DNA of 64,000 nt from Balanoglossus misakiensis (taxonomy: Eukaryota > Animalia > Hemichordata), in contig CM082588.2 in assembly GCA_040954595.2 (NCBI GenBank), forward strand, positions 8,478,844 to 8,542,843. The letters run 5' to 3'. Numbering within the stretch: the first letter of the stretch is position 1; the number at the start of each line of letters is the position of its first letter. Positions 51,301 through 64,000 of this stretch are shown in pieces. The notes beneath the pieces were generated by a model. That model ran no database searches and had not been told where the DNA came from. It was given only the letters and a program-made list of their open reading frames with translations. Position numbers and translations under genes: made by a program.

Positions 51301-54300
51301 TCTGTCTCTAAGATCATAATTCCACATTCAAGCGGTTTACCCAAAACAATCTCAATTTTCAGCAGTAAGCTTATTTAATTTAAAACTATAATGTTGGCAG
51401 TTTGTGGGCCTATGTCAGAAAGCAAAATATCAATTTTTGAACGAAAGGTAAATATTCTAAATGTAGCCTATACCAACTACACGTATGTAGTGAACATGGC
51501 TTTATTAGAGCTCTGTAAATGCATTGGTAATCAAGGAATCCAGGAGACTACATCGTTAACATGAGCGTATTCATTTGTCGAATAAAGTATTGTTTGGCCA
51601 AATTCCCTGCACTACGAGTTTTCTGTCAAAAAGAATGTTTGTGAACACTAACCTTCTCTATCATATCTGAATGTCTCTCCCTCTGGTAAGGTAATCGAAG
51701 ACAACTGTTGACTATCCAAAATCAAACACCGTCTGATTCCAAGGACACCAAGAACTTCTGGCCGTTCATCCAACAACGAAGACAGCTGTAGAGGGCGCTG
51801 TATTGTTATCAACAGTACGATTGGTGTCTGTGTGTCTCCCACATCAACATCTATCTCAGCTTCCAAAGTGCCGGAACCACCAAGTAGTTTTGATAAACCG
51901 ATTCTGTTTTGGCGTGTGGCATAGACATGTCGATCAACCTCCAAGGCAACCATTGCACCATTGTCATCTGCAGGTACAAAGATTGATAATAGGCAAAACG
52001 AATTGTATGTATTCTCATTAAAATGAGCACATGTTTTACTCAATAGTGCAGGAGTATACTTTTTTTATGGATAAATTTCAAACAAATGAATTATCAGCTA
52101 TAAACATAAGAAACCTTTGGGTGATTTTGGTGTTTCGGTTTATTGAAGCGACATTCCCTTGGGAAAATCAGTTCAAAGTGACGCAAACTAATAATTTAGT
52201 TTTAAAATAAATATGCCGGGCAATGTTAAGTTTAATGATTCTGCAAGAAATGTCAATTGCAGGAAAGAAAAATCGCGTCAAGGACACGGCGGTCCCATTG
52301 AGGGATTACACAAGAAAAAGTCTACACCGGAGTACATGGCCATATACAGACAGACAGACAGACAGACAGACACACACATATAGCGAGAGATCAATGGGCA
52401 AACACTGACTGTCCCATAAGCTGCCAATGGCATATGTACTGTACATACACTTAATAGAACAGCTGGCCTCTTTAAAACTTAGCCAGTTATGTAATCATGC
52501 AGGAAAAATCTGTGTATATAAATCACAGGAGGGGGGTTCCTGTCTAATTAAAACAACTCAATAAAGTAAATTGACACCACTTTGCAAAGCAATCTGACCA
52601 GTAGTTCTTGAGGTTTTGACCAAATTCACATTTTTCCAGCTAATTTGCATATTTTTGGCAATGACAACTTCATTTGAACAAACTCCCATGTACAGCCCAG
52701 CCTGAATCTGCACACCAAATACCAAGGTGATACGCGCAACGGTTTTTAAGTTTTTGATGTGGACGGACATCCATCCATACATCCATCCATCCATCCATCC
52801 ATCCATCCATACATACATACATACATACATACATACATACAGACGCAACCAATCCCATAAGGTCCCATGGTATATATGCCTATACCAATGGGACCTAAAA
52901 ACAAAGTGAAAAGCAAAGTTTTTAGATCGAACTCTAAAATTCGCTTATGCTTCTGGACACAAGAATCGGCCTATAATCGAAGTTGTTAGGAGTACATTTG
53001 TCTCATTTGGAGCAGATGATATAACGGATGCATGGATATGTTGCAGATAACTGCATTACCTTCGATGTTTTTGTCCACATGTGGCGCAATTGTAGTTTTC
53101 GTTTCCTGAAGTTCATCGATAGTCTGACGTAACTGCCGATTTTTGTCCATGGTCGTTTGATTTTCCTCTTTCAGTTTGACATTTATCATGGTTAGTTTCG
53201 AACTTTGGTTTTCACTGCTCTTCAGCATTTCCTTCAGACGCTGACTTGTCTGCTCACTTTCTTCACCAAGAACACGAATTCTTACTTCACTTTCTCTCTT
53301 CAGGAGCGTATATTCCCTCTCCTTTGATTGTAGTATGTCTTGAATCTCCTTGTTTTCGTTAAAGAGCGAAGTGATGACAGAGAGATAGTTGTCTATCGAG
53401 ATCGGTTCCAAGACACGAGCAGCTCCTTCTTTTGAAAAAGATTCCGCCAGAATCTTGTCCGATTCTTTGGTGCCAGTGTTTATGATGTTGACGCCACTTT
53501 GATTGACAAGTCTCTTCAGTTCTGATGAAAATGTGATTTAACATAGTTAGCAAAATGTTATATATACTCGATACGATGTAACCCCCTTTGCAATTGGGTC
53601 GGAGGTCGTGAAATGCAAATAAATGGGCACTATCTATTTTACTTTACGCTTGATGTGCAAATCAATGGCAGAATAGTACAGACCTATCTTTAAAATCAAA
53701 CTTCAACAAGCAGACATTTAGACCAAACCATTCCTTTACTATAATAATTTTAGAACAATTACAGCAGCAAGCTTATTTGTTCTGATTAGTTGAATAGAGT
53801 ATTGTTTGACCAAATTCCCTGCCTAAATGTTTTTTGAACACTGACCTTCTCTATCATATCTGAATGTCTCTCCCTCTTGTAAGGTGATCGAAGACAACTG
53901 TTGGCTATCCAAAATCAAACACCGTCTTATTCCAAGGACACCAAGAACTTCTGGCCGTTCATCCAACAACAAAGACAGCTGTAGAGGGCGCTGTATTTTT
54001 ATCAACAGTACGATTGGTGTATGTGTGTCTCCCACATCAACATCTATCTCAGCTTCCAAAGTGCCGGAACCACCAAGTATTTTTGATAAACCGATTCTGT
54101 TTTGGCGTCTGGCATAGACACGTCGATCAACCTCCAAGGCAACCATTGCACCATTGTCATCTGCAGGTATAACATTGTATAAAGATCTATAATAGGCAAA
54201 ATAAATTGTATGTATTCTCATTAAAATGAGCACATGTTTTACTGCATAGTGCCGGAGTATACTTTTTATGCAAACATTTCAAACAAATGGATTATCAGCT

Positions 54301-57300
54301 AGAAACATAAGAACCAATAGAGGCGTTCAAAATATCACGATGTGTCATGTCATATTCTGTAAGCACTTGCCTGGTTCAATCAGAATATCTTCAAGTTCTG
54401 AACACTTCTCTCCACATATATCACAGATGTCAGTCGATTTTACTTCCGGGTCAAAAACTACAAAGAAATACGTCAACGTCATCAGATGTTTCATTTATTA
54501 CATTTCCTATTTACAAGCCGAACAAGTTTTTTGTGATGCTGAGAAAGTCATTATAGGGCATTTTATATGTGTTTAAAAGAAACATTTTAATGTTCCAGCC
54601 TCACTGAAATTCACAATCTTAGGTTTGGCCCATGTTTAATAAATAAGAGATTACAGCTCAAAATATTAACATTTTTACATATCGTATACAGCTATTTTCC
54701 CAATCACATACATAATCTTCTTGGATTTAGTTTTGAAAGCATACTACAATTTAACTCGTATAATTTCTGGACATAAAAATATTAGAATAGATCGGATAAT
54801 CCGAAAAAAACACCAAAACCATTTGTGTTTGGTCTGGTCTAATTATTGTTGTCACTGCATATGAATATTGCAAATATACTTGTGCCGATATAACATTAAC
54901 ATGTGACTGTATGAGCAAAGGTTGAGTGACAATTATGTTCGCCAGTTAATTTCATGCTTATACATTTTATAAATAGACCAATTACTTCCTTTAAAGCGAA
55001 CACATAAAAATTATGACTGGGTACAGCTATATTTTAGAAAAAATAGATGGTACTCATCTGATAGACACAATCAGAATGATAATCGTGTTTGCCTCCCTCC
55101 ATAGGGCCTGCTATTCATTTCTTATAATAGGCCCCTAACAGACGCTTTTCAACTACATTTACATATACATGTAACATCATATCAGGTCCAGTAACCGTTT
55201 TCATTTTAAGTTGAGTACAAATGATTGCTCTGAAATCAGCTTACCTTCGTTCATGTACTTCAATTCTGCCCGACACCGTCTATATCGCCACACCTCTATG
55301 GTTGTCTTAAGGGGAACATCTGATACGTTTAATCTATGAAGCGTAGATTCTGTGACGATATCAGCCTTGAATAATTCCCCCAATCTCCCTTGTCTGTAGT
55401 CACTCCATAATTTCTCCAACGCCTCTGATGTCTGACATGCCGACACAACACACCCTTGCTTGATTTCATGAATTGTAATTCCACCAACACTGTTCAGATA
55501 CTCTTTCACCTTTGGTAAATCGTCTTCAGATTTGATGCTGTAAATTTCTCTTTCCATGCGTTCAGCCTGATCTGCAGTCAAGTTGGCACCGGAGACGTCA
55601 ATGTGAATCTCGATATCCCCTGAAATATAGTTTATATTTGAAATAATGCAAATACCTTAATTGTTGTCATTGAATTGACTATAGTGTGATTTGTTATGTT
55701 GTTGTCTCAACTTTAATTCCATTTACTATTACGATAGAATCATGGGTGTGTTTAGGTAATGAATATTTTACCTCGAGTTGATCTGAAGGTATGTGTATAA
55801 GTATGTCCTCCACCAGAAGCTTGTCCGTCGTTGTGGTCATCGTTACCATCGCCACTTTCAAACCCGTTGCCCGGTGGAAGATTTTCACCCGGCCCTCCTG
55901 CGCTGTTGCCATTGGTGATCGAACTTCCTTGTTCCTGGCCTTCGATTGTTTTTGGATGGCCGACATCTAGAAAGAGGTAAGAAGAATTGCAAGTATCTAA
56001 ATGACATATGCTGAAGGTGAGTTTACATCTACGTGTGTAACACTTTGTAGCAAAACCTATCAGTGTTATTGAACATTCATTCAGATACCGATTTAAGTTT
56101 TTTATGCAACGTTTCACGTGTAATATACTATCATTTACCTTTTGAGGATTCTTCCCCAGGGTTTTCGCACTCTGCAGGACTAAGTGTAGAAGAATCCAGC
56201 AATTTCTTTTGTTGAACTGCAATGAAACCATTCTCTGCGGATTTATGAAGTGCTTTACTCAATTCTTGGGATGCGTGTTGAGCACGACCATATTTACACA
56301 GGACAGGCATGATGGTATCTAACCATTTTTCACTTTCGCTATCGACATTTTGGCATTGTCCAGTGTCACATGACGGGACAGAGATGGCGGGGAAGTGTTC
56401 ATCTATGAACGATGCAAGGCCTGATTGCTTTGGTTGTATTGTGGGCACACCGGCAGCACAAGACATAAGACCAATCACACCAAATGGATCACCTTTTGTT
56501 GTGAATATTACCACGAGGTCACACTGCATCAGATCTTTCTCTAAGTGGTCCATCGATGCCTTGTTTGGATATAGCTGAATATTCAACATGTGTGACGCGG
56601 CCATCTTCTCCAGTTTCAGCTGAAACTTTTCGCATAGTGTTGATGTTACAAGTCCTCTGAACTTCCACTTTGTGTTGTAATCGGAGTTGTGAAAATAGCG
56701 AGCAACTTTCCCCATGCTACATGCTGCTGCTTCGAATTCCTCCAGATCTTGCAGGCTTGATATTGTGTGTACAGACAGGACTTCTATTGTGTTCCCCAAC
56801 TCTGAATTACTAGCTGGACGCTGACCAACACCCATCTTTGCCAAGGGAATGTACAGCTCATGCGCCACTTCTGAATTCAGAGAAACTTGAATCTTCCTCT
56901 TGTAGTCATGGCATACTGATGGACCAACTGACAAAATGGCGGAAGCCGCATTGATATATTCCATAATTTCACCATCAAGGATTTCCAAATCGGAAGGCTC
57001 CAAGCTCATGTTGTCTATCATATCCGACAAAACTGGGACAAATCTCGGAATCCCAAGATCTTTTTGAATACACCTTGCAACATCGGCAGTTCCGTTCTTG
57101 CAAGCAGTGCCATATATTGTTGTAATCGGGAGACATTTCTTCAACTCGGGGAATCGGTCAAGGTGACAAATTAACCAGTCCCTTTGCGGTTTCTGATTTC
57201 TCTTTACAGTTGGAAGAATCAACTCCACTCCATGTTTGCTCGCGTCCTCCACCTCTTCGTCAGTTGCTTCCAAAACCATGAAGGAGACTTTATTTTCTCT

Positions 57301-57408
57301 GACAGCAAGGTCTATCGCTAGTTGTCTTTCAGTGATACATGTTGCTATGTTACGCCTTCTGGGCCACCATTCTTCTCCAACAACCAATACTCGATTACTG
57401 TGAGACAT
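45060..57408 (-). CDS. G4: GT4-like / TRADD-N-like / CxxC / (X-coiled coil)x2 / ZU5-ZU5-UPA / death effector domain protein (about 1680 aa)
   Basis: Exons 57408-56139, 55966-55772, 55619-55245, 54457-54371 (GC donor), 54160-53846, 53521-53060, 51967-51653, 51209-50844, 49099-49053, 48610-48320, 47764-47582, 47335-47034, 46809-46341, 45746-45713, 45391-45060 (stop). The sum is 5043 nt and the phases match at every junction. Confidence 0.8.
46341..48610 (-). CDS. G4 exons: PIDD1/DTHD1-like ZU5-ZU5-UPA module
   Basis: [16 protein letters not shown]; [15 protein letters not shown]...EGGKFTS...[10 protein letters not shown] (compare PIDD1 VPHFSWFLVVSRP...EG...VKVIFPPGA); [13 protein letters not shown]; WKDVT; followed by a beta-rich UPA-like exon. 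Confidence 0.75.
49225..49965. mobile_element. Hairpin-ended non-autonomous element with (TCTG)n(TATG)n microsatellite
   Basis: Starts tttttaggtcccat...atgggacct (hairpin); microsatellite at 49285-49470; inverted copy at 52267-52901. Confidence 0.7.
50465..50811. mobile_element. MITE with TTAA TSD and AG...CT termini (Kolobok-like)
   Basis: ttaa|agggacaaagtctctctctcgc ... gcgagagagagactttgtacct|ttaa, with long imperfect TIRs. Confidence 0.8.
50844..51209 (-). CDS. G4 exon: second coiled coil (122 codons)
   Basis: Paralogous acceptor; donor G|gtatgt. Confidence 0.75.
51653..51967 (-). CDS. G4 exon: second domain X
   Basis: 315-nt paralogous exon. Confidence 0.8.
52267..52901. mobile_element. 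Inverted copy of the 49225-49965 element
   Basis: Reverse-complement similarity over about 630 bp; absent from the equivalent G1 intron (about 535). Confidence 0.75.
53060..53521 (-). CDS. G4 exon: first coiled coil (154 codons)
   Basis: Paralogous exon. Confidence 0.8.
53846..54160 (-). CDS. G4 exon: first domain X
   Basis: 315-nt paralogous exon. Confidence 0.8.
55245..55619 (-). CDS. G4 exon: TRADD-N-like domain (divergent)
   Basis: [35 protein letters not shown]...[17 protein letters not shown]. Confidence 0.65.
56139..57408 (-). CDS. G4 exon: GT4-like domain (divergent paralog)
   Basis: Acceptor ag|gATG; [28 protein letters not shown] and [18 protein letters not shown]. Confidence 0.75.
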
Positions 57409-60400
57409 CCTACAAGATGAATATACTATACGAATAAGATGCAAGATATGATTTTTCATTTTAGTGAACATAACACTGTTTTACACATTTTCTTGAACAA
57501 TATGTGTTCATCCTACATGTAGTATGGTTGAAATGTTTGTGTGCGTGGGCCTACATAGGTTGACTGTCACTGACACATATTTACGTATACCAGAACACAG
57601 TGAAAACACCCCCTATTCTAATGGCAAAAGGACTATAGCATTCTGTTTGTTTGGTTTGAAGATTGAACATCATTTCACTTCATTTGGTCACCCTTTCTTA
57701 GCAGGTCATTGACTGGGTTACTGGTTCCAGATTTATATGCAATGATTAAGATGGGGCAATCCATTAAGTCTTTTGTTTTACTTCCTTCACCACATATTTC
57801 ATGATTTATATATTTCAAATCACACATTTTCTTATTTTTAAATTAAATTGGTTTTGTTACTTCACATGTTGAATTTATTAGTCCGAACACAGAATTGCTG
57901 ATTCAAATTCTCATTGGTTCATTTGAGGCCACCACCCCCTAAGCGACAATGCGTCATCGACCTCCTGTGCAAACAACCAGAAAGAGGTCAGCGATATACA
58001 CAAAGGGTTTCTCACTCAATTGTGGCATTCCAAAAGTGAAAGAATGTGAAGTGAAAAAGAAGTTAAACACTCAACTGTCAAATAGTAAAGAATGTGAACA
58101 TTTATGGAAGACTCAGGTCAAAGGTCATTAGTATTACACTGGTAGCATCGCTGGATATTCTGTCAATAAATTCACAGTGTGTACAACAAAATTGACGTCA
58201 AATATTTTGATTCAAAAGGTCAACTGAGTTCAGACCAACCTCCCACAAACAGAACAAAACTGTGCATATCATGTTATTGTTAATGACGAGGAAGTACAAA
58301 ATTATATCACTTCCTTCAAGTCTTTAACGACCTTCAAACTTCTAATTCCAAATTTCAAACTAGAGTAAACAAAATGACAGAGCACTAAGTGACCCAGTAT
58401 ACCATTACCTGTGAACGTTTTACCCAACCATTTGAAATGTATTTTCTTGAAGTCAGTTGATACACATGGCAGCTACGGGGGGGGGGGGGAGGTGATATGT
58501 TAGTTTCCCCACCCCACCCCCCACCCCCGGCGGAACAGCTGCGTTTCCACAGCTAGGGGTCCAGGTCAAAGGTCGTGTACACTACAGCTACCTGTTGGGG
58601 TTACTTACCTGTCGATTTGCACAGAATCGTGATTAGGTCTAATAGGACGTCCTCCCTTTGTGATTAAATGTGCCCAAGAGTGTCAGTCACATCAAGTGAA
58701 CGCGAGAAATGCGATTCACGGGTGAACAGCTACCGTGTTGTTGACTCGTACAGATTGCGGAAAAGGACAGTTATAGCCACAACATACTTTTAGCGACGCC
58801 ATTGGTGCCTAGCCCAGTTTGGCCAAAACGAGGCTGGTTTCCAGGTCACTCGTGACAGGGCATGTGGGGGGGGGTGTCTATGTTTGAAGCCTTTTTTTTA
58901 CAACAAGCGACTCGGACATGGAGGGGTGGGGGTGGGGGCAAGGTAGAGCTAGTGGACGTCGACCCTGCGTTTCCCTGATTGTCTCCTATTCATTGTGAAT
59001 CTCCAAATAAGGAGAGATGATATAAAATCTATATGCAACTCTGCATGAATTATGATCACTGTTTGACGTCTTTTCGTGGGACATTTCATGTGCAGTAGGC
59101 CTATAGGGGCCTAGATCGATTCAATACATGAACTAATTGAATAGATTTAAAACATAACGCTAACTGCGCAAGTTAGTAGTTGTAACATTTTAATCTCGAC
59201 CAACGATATTTATTTTACTAAAATTCATAAACAATGTTTTTTTTACTAAAACAGGCTGTATTGATGAACTTAGGCCTAATACTAAGGATTTCATCACATG
59301 GCTTAGGCCCTATGCAAGAAAATAACAAAAATTGGCAAACGTTATAGAGACACAGCTGGATGAAATAAAAGCTTTGATCATAAAACCAACTTGTTATTAT
59401 ATGTTTACCTCAACATTGATTCTGTTGCACAGTTTTGTTTACAAAATCTCAATCAATTTGACATCAGAGCAGAACGTTTTCTATTCTGTGCCATTGAATT
59501 TTACAAATATCATCCCATAAACGTATAATCATATGACTGTACAAGAAATGGCGTGATATGAAAATTACATTACATTGTATTTGTTTTCAAAGTACATCAC
59601 TGTATGAAAGAAAAGTCAACAATTTCGCCATAGATCACCCTGAATGTTTTACCACTATATAGAAGAAGTTCACATTTAGTGTTTATTGTCCTAACTGGAC
59701 ATCTTGAATAACATGAAAGTTTCTATGCAAATAATTGCAATACGATAAACGTGACAAAAGAAATAAGACAACACACACTGCACCAAACCTCAAAATGAAC
59801 CAATCAACAAATAAGTACTGCAACACTATAGTTTACACCACAAGAAAACTGCTGATGGTAGCTATGATGTGTCACACGGAAAACTCAATATGTCACACAT
59901 CACATTCATTAGTTATCTGAAATGTTCAAATACTGGTAGTATGGTACAATGGGTATGACTGATCAAATACTTTACACTTGCGTGTCATTATCTTTTCAAA
60001 CTTGAAAATCCCAATTTACCGCCAGCCATCGAAACACACTCACTGAATTGTAAACCACCGATCGTTCGTTGGTCTACAGCATGTGGATAGAAAAATGTAC
60101 AACATGGCAAAGAACAGTAAGGGCTTACAAGAAGAATATGTGAATCTGCAGAGGGCGCTATTTTCTCCTGTACCCAAACTCAACAAGAGTGGACACAGCT
60201 TTCCTTACAAATGAGCTGTGATACATTTTGTCATCTCTTGGTTCTTACATTTTGCTAAAAATGAAAAATTTCTGTGACAAAATGAGTTTTTCAAAGTAAA
60301 GTATGAACGTCTTTTGCAACGTTTAAACAAATGCTTCATTCTAACAAATAAAAAACGACAACAACAGTTGAACACATTCTACAACTGAACTGATACAAGA

Positions 60401-61133
60401 GAAAACTATCTGCATATTGGAGAAATAAATCCAAAAGTATCGAACAGTGCAAACACACAGAACTAATTCAAATTCATCTCCTGTAGAGCACACACGTGGT
60501 TATATGACACACAATTTATATATCCACACACACAATATTTACTGTTTTATAGGGAAAGCCAAATAACAAATTGTAAATAATGTATATATAATGCTTGGAA
60601 ACATTGAAAGATGGAATAGCCCTTTTTCAAGACAACTCCAAAACGTTGCTAACATTCAGAATGAACATTTCAGGAAACATTTCTAAAATTAGACTTTTCA
60701 CTGCAGTGTATGTAGTTGGTTGAAATGTGATGGAAGCAACCACAAGATCGTTACAAGTAATTCTTAAAACGCACGATAACGACACATCCCTCCATTGTTG
60801 ATTCAAAATGACGTATGCTCACAAATTTGACTAACGAAGCCACTTTCCCCAGCTATACTCAAAGCCACACATGAACGTGTACATTATTGTGAACTTTCAA
60901 CTTTTGAAGGGTGGGTTTCGGTTGATTGGAACCTACAAAATTCATGACACACATATTATTACTATGGACAAACAATATGAGACAAAATTACTGACAACAT
61001 TCATTTTGCAGGAGGCCTGTGGTTGGTTAACATGCTTGAGGCTCCTAGGAAATCGTTCTTTTTTGGTATCCCTAGATTATTTATTTCGTCACTTTCTAAT
61101 TAGTAATTTCATTACTGATGATTACAAGTTAAA

Positions 61134-64000
61134 TTAGTTTTTTTCCTGTTCAGATAACCTTGCTTTGTACTCCTGTGCATACTTGCCCAAGGAATACTCC
61201 TGACCACAGGCTTCTGTTATGTTTGGGTATTTCAGTGCATTGGAAGAGTCATCTTGTGCTTGGTAAACGTGGGCAAGATTATAACATGCCCATAGTATGT
61301 AATATGGGTCAGAGAGGGTGCTGATCAGATGGGTATATATTTCACATGCATCACTGTACTGTTTCAAGTGTGCGAGGGCATGGGCCTTCCACAGAGAAGC
61401 GTCGGGATACAAACCACCTGCATATGCAACTGCTTTGTCGAGACACTCTATGGCTTCTAGCAGGCACTGATGATTGCTTTCTATCGGATTGTGTTGGTAT
61501 TTGGCCGCGTATGTGGCTCCTAGGTTAAACGCGAAATATGGATTGTCTGGATCTTGTGTTGCAGCACTGTGAATAACTCGCAGTGCTTTTTCGAATTCTC
61601 CAACATTGCTGTAGCAGTAATAACAACGTGCAGAATCCACCGCGAAAGGGGATAAAGGGGTTAATTCGATTGCTTTCTGGGTGAGTTGACCTGCTTCTTC
61701 ATAGCGACCTTCAGTGAGTGACAGGTCACTTAAAAGTGCCAAAGCATAGCTGTGATGGGCATTTTCCTTAAGAACTCTCTCAAGCAAATTTCTTTCTTGT
61801 GCCATTATTTGTAAGGCTTCCTTACATTTTGAAATTCCATAGACACGATCACGTTTTTGTAAAAAGACGAGTGCTTGCCAAAACAGCCAATCTGTTTGTT
61901 CTGGAAGTTCTACTAAAGCACGATCAAAGCTATCAAATCCCTCATCACACGTTTTTTTTCAAAATAAGTCAGAAAGATACCCTTGTGAGCATATACATAC
62001 GCTTTCTGTTTCCCTGACAATTTATCAAGTGACAAAGTTGCTATCAACTTTAGCGTTTCATCAACTCTCTCCATCTCACCCGACATGAAATGAACCCATG
62101 CTTTATCTGCAAGAAGAACCAACTTATCACCAAGTGGACCATCGTCGTCACCATCACAGCTGTCAAGTTCTTTCTGGTTGTCGGTGAGGGCGTCATCAAA
62201 CCACTTCAAAGCGGCACTTGGATCTCTCTCGTCTTCTGATCTCAGTTTGGACATGTACAGGTAACCTTTCATAGCTTTATGGGGAACTGGAGAGAACTCC
62301 TGGTTGTGATATTTAAGTCTGTTGTCCAAATAACACTGTAAGACCTACAGTACATGGAAAGGCATACTATATTGTCACGTGCAAACCTCAGGTCTCAGGC
62401 TCATTAACTCACATAATGTAAGAGCTTCAACTGACACAAACATTCAACAAATAAATTTTACACTTTAAATGATGCGAGAATTAGGTATTCAGGATGTTTC
62501 TTATTACGTTTCAATTAACTTTAGGGGATAAATTACTATCATCAATGGAATAAGTTGTTAAACATTTTCTTAATTTTATGATATTCAAACCAATCACAGA
62601 CAGATGTAATGAAACGCTAAACAGAAAAACATAAATAAATGTCCTCACCTCAAAACTCTCGTCACAAAATTCTTCGAGTTTCCAGGTAAAATGGCAGGGA
62701 AACCTCTGCAGTAATTCTTCATAGGACTTTGCTGTATGCTTCAATCCCGTTATGTGTGTAACTGAAAATTCTATTGAACAGTAAAAACAATTTGGGTTAT
62801 AAACTGATTTCACAATTTTAATTTTAAATTGAGATTGGTCTATTGGTCTTTTTGGTATTCCAACATTTTGGGAGAGAGTTGAGTTGTATCAACCAGTGAA
62901 TGAAATATTAATAAGCGCAACAACGTAAATATCTATCAAAAGAAACTAAAACAACTAAAATAACGTCAATAATGAGTGATTTTATTCATTCAGTTTATTG
63001 AAGCAATATTCCCTTGGGAAAATCAGTTGAAAACTAATAATTGAGTTTTAAAATAAATATTCCGGACCATGTTAAAGGTATACGGCCACCTATGGTTATC
63101 ATGCATGGCAAATTGTGATCTAACCAATCACAGATTTTCAGTGGGTGGCACATGCGAAAAAAGAGCGCCGCCTTATGTTCTTTAGAACGATCAAATACCC
63201 CATTTCAGCCATATATGGGCAATTGTGTAAATTGGACGTGACTGTATACCTTTAAGTATAATCATTTTGCAAAGATTGTCAATTGCAGGAAAGAAAGGGA
63301 AGATTTTGAGACTGAACTCTTAAATTTGCTTTTGCTCCTAGACCCAAGAAATCTGTGATAGACAATAAATTTGGCCTTTCAGGGTCATGCATACTTTCAT
63401 AATCGAAGTTGTTAGGAGCATATTCTTTTTTTTTCAGTAGGAGCAGATGATATAACTGATGCATGGATATGTTGCACATAACTGCATTACCTTCGATGTT
63501 TTTGTCTACAGGTGGCGCAGTTGCAGTTTTCGTTTCCTGAAGTTCGTCGATAGTCTGAAGTAACTGCCGATTTTTGTCCATGGTCGTTTGATTTTCCTCT
63601 TTCAGTTTGATATTTATCATGGTTAGTTTCGAACTTTGGTTTTCACTGCTCTTCAGCATTTCCTTCAGACGCTGACTTGTCTGCTCACTTTCTTCACCAA
63701 GAACACGAATTCTTCCTTCACTTTCTCTCTTAAGGAGCGTATATTCCCTCTCCTTGGATTGTAGTATGTCTTGAATCTTCTTGTTTTCGTTAAAGAGCGA
63801 AGTGATGACAGAGAGATAGTTGTCTGTTGAGATTGGTTCCAAAACACGAGCAGCTCCTTCTTTTGAAAAAGATTCCGCCAGAATCTTGTCCGATTCTTTG
63901 GTGCCAGTGTTTAAGATGTTGACGCCACTTTGATTGACAAGTCTCTTCAGTTCTGATGAAAATGTGATTTAACATAGTTAGCAAAATGTTATATAAGATT
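61134..64000 (-). pseudogene. G5 (5' part outside window): coiled coil / IFIT-like TPR gene with a 1-nt frameshift
   Basis: Exons 63952-63491, 62770-62649 (LLQRFPCHFTWKL) and 62335-61134. The last exon is 1202 nt because an A-run at 61952-61959 is one base short. This could be a real lesion or a homopolymer sequencing error. Confidence 0.7.
63076..63251. mobile_element. MITE with TTAA TSD (Kolobok-like)
   Basis: ttaa|aggtatacggccac ... gtgactgtatacct|ttaa; the empty site accatgttaagtataat is present in G2 (about 13662) and G3. Confidence 0.85.

Overview
This is AT-rich eukaryotic genomic DNA with spliceosomal introns, LINE fragments and MITEs. It looks like a marine invertebrate, but the species cannot be determined from the sequence. 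The window holds a head-to-tail tandem array of five paralogous multi-exon genes, all on the minus strand: G1 <1-6163, G2 11374-18191, G3 26587-37216, G4 45060-57408 and G5 61134->64000. Manual splice reconstruction gives one continuous reading frame per complete gene. The shared N-terminal chassis is a GT-B/GT4 glycosyltransferase-like domain, a polar linker, a TRADD-N-like domain, a CxxC micro-exon, then one or two copies of [unrecognised 105-aa domain + coiled coil]. The C-terminus is swappable: IFIT-like TPRs in G2, G3 and G5, or a PIDD1-like ZU5-ZU5-UPA module plus a death effector domain in G4. Chassis exons are phase 1-1, the paralogs are mosaic, the TPR and GT domains diverge in patches, and an IRF-element-like promoter block is conserved. 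Together this suggests a rapidly diversifying, modular innate-immune receptor/effector family. Domain calls come from motif recognition only; no database search was run.
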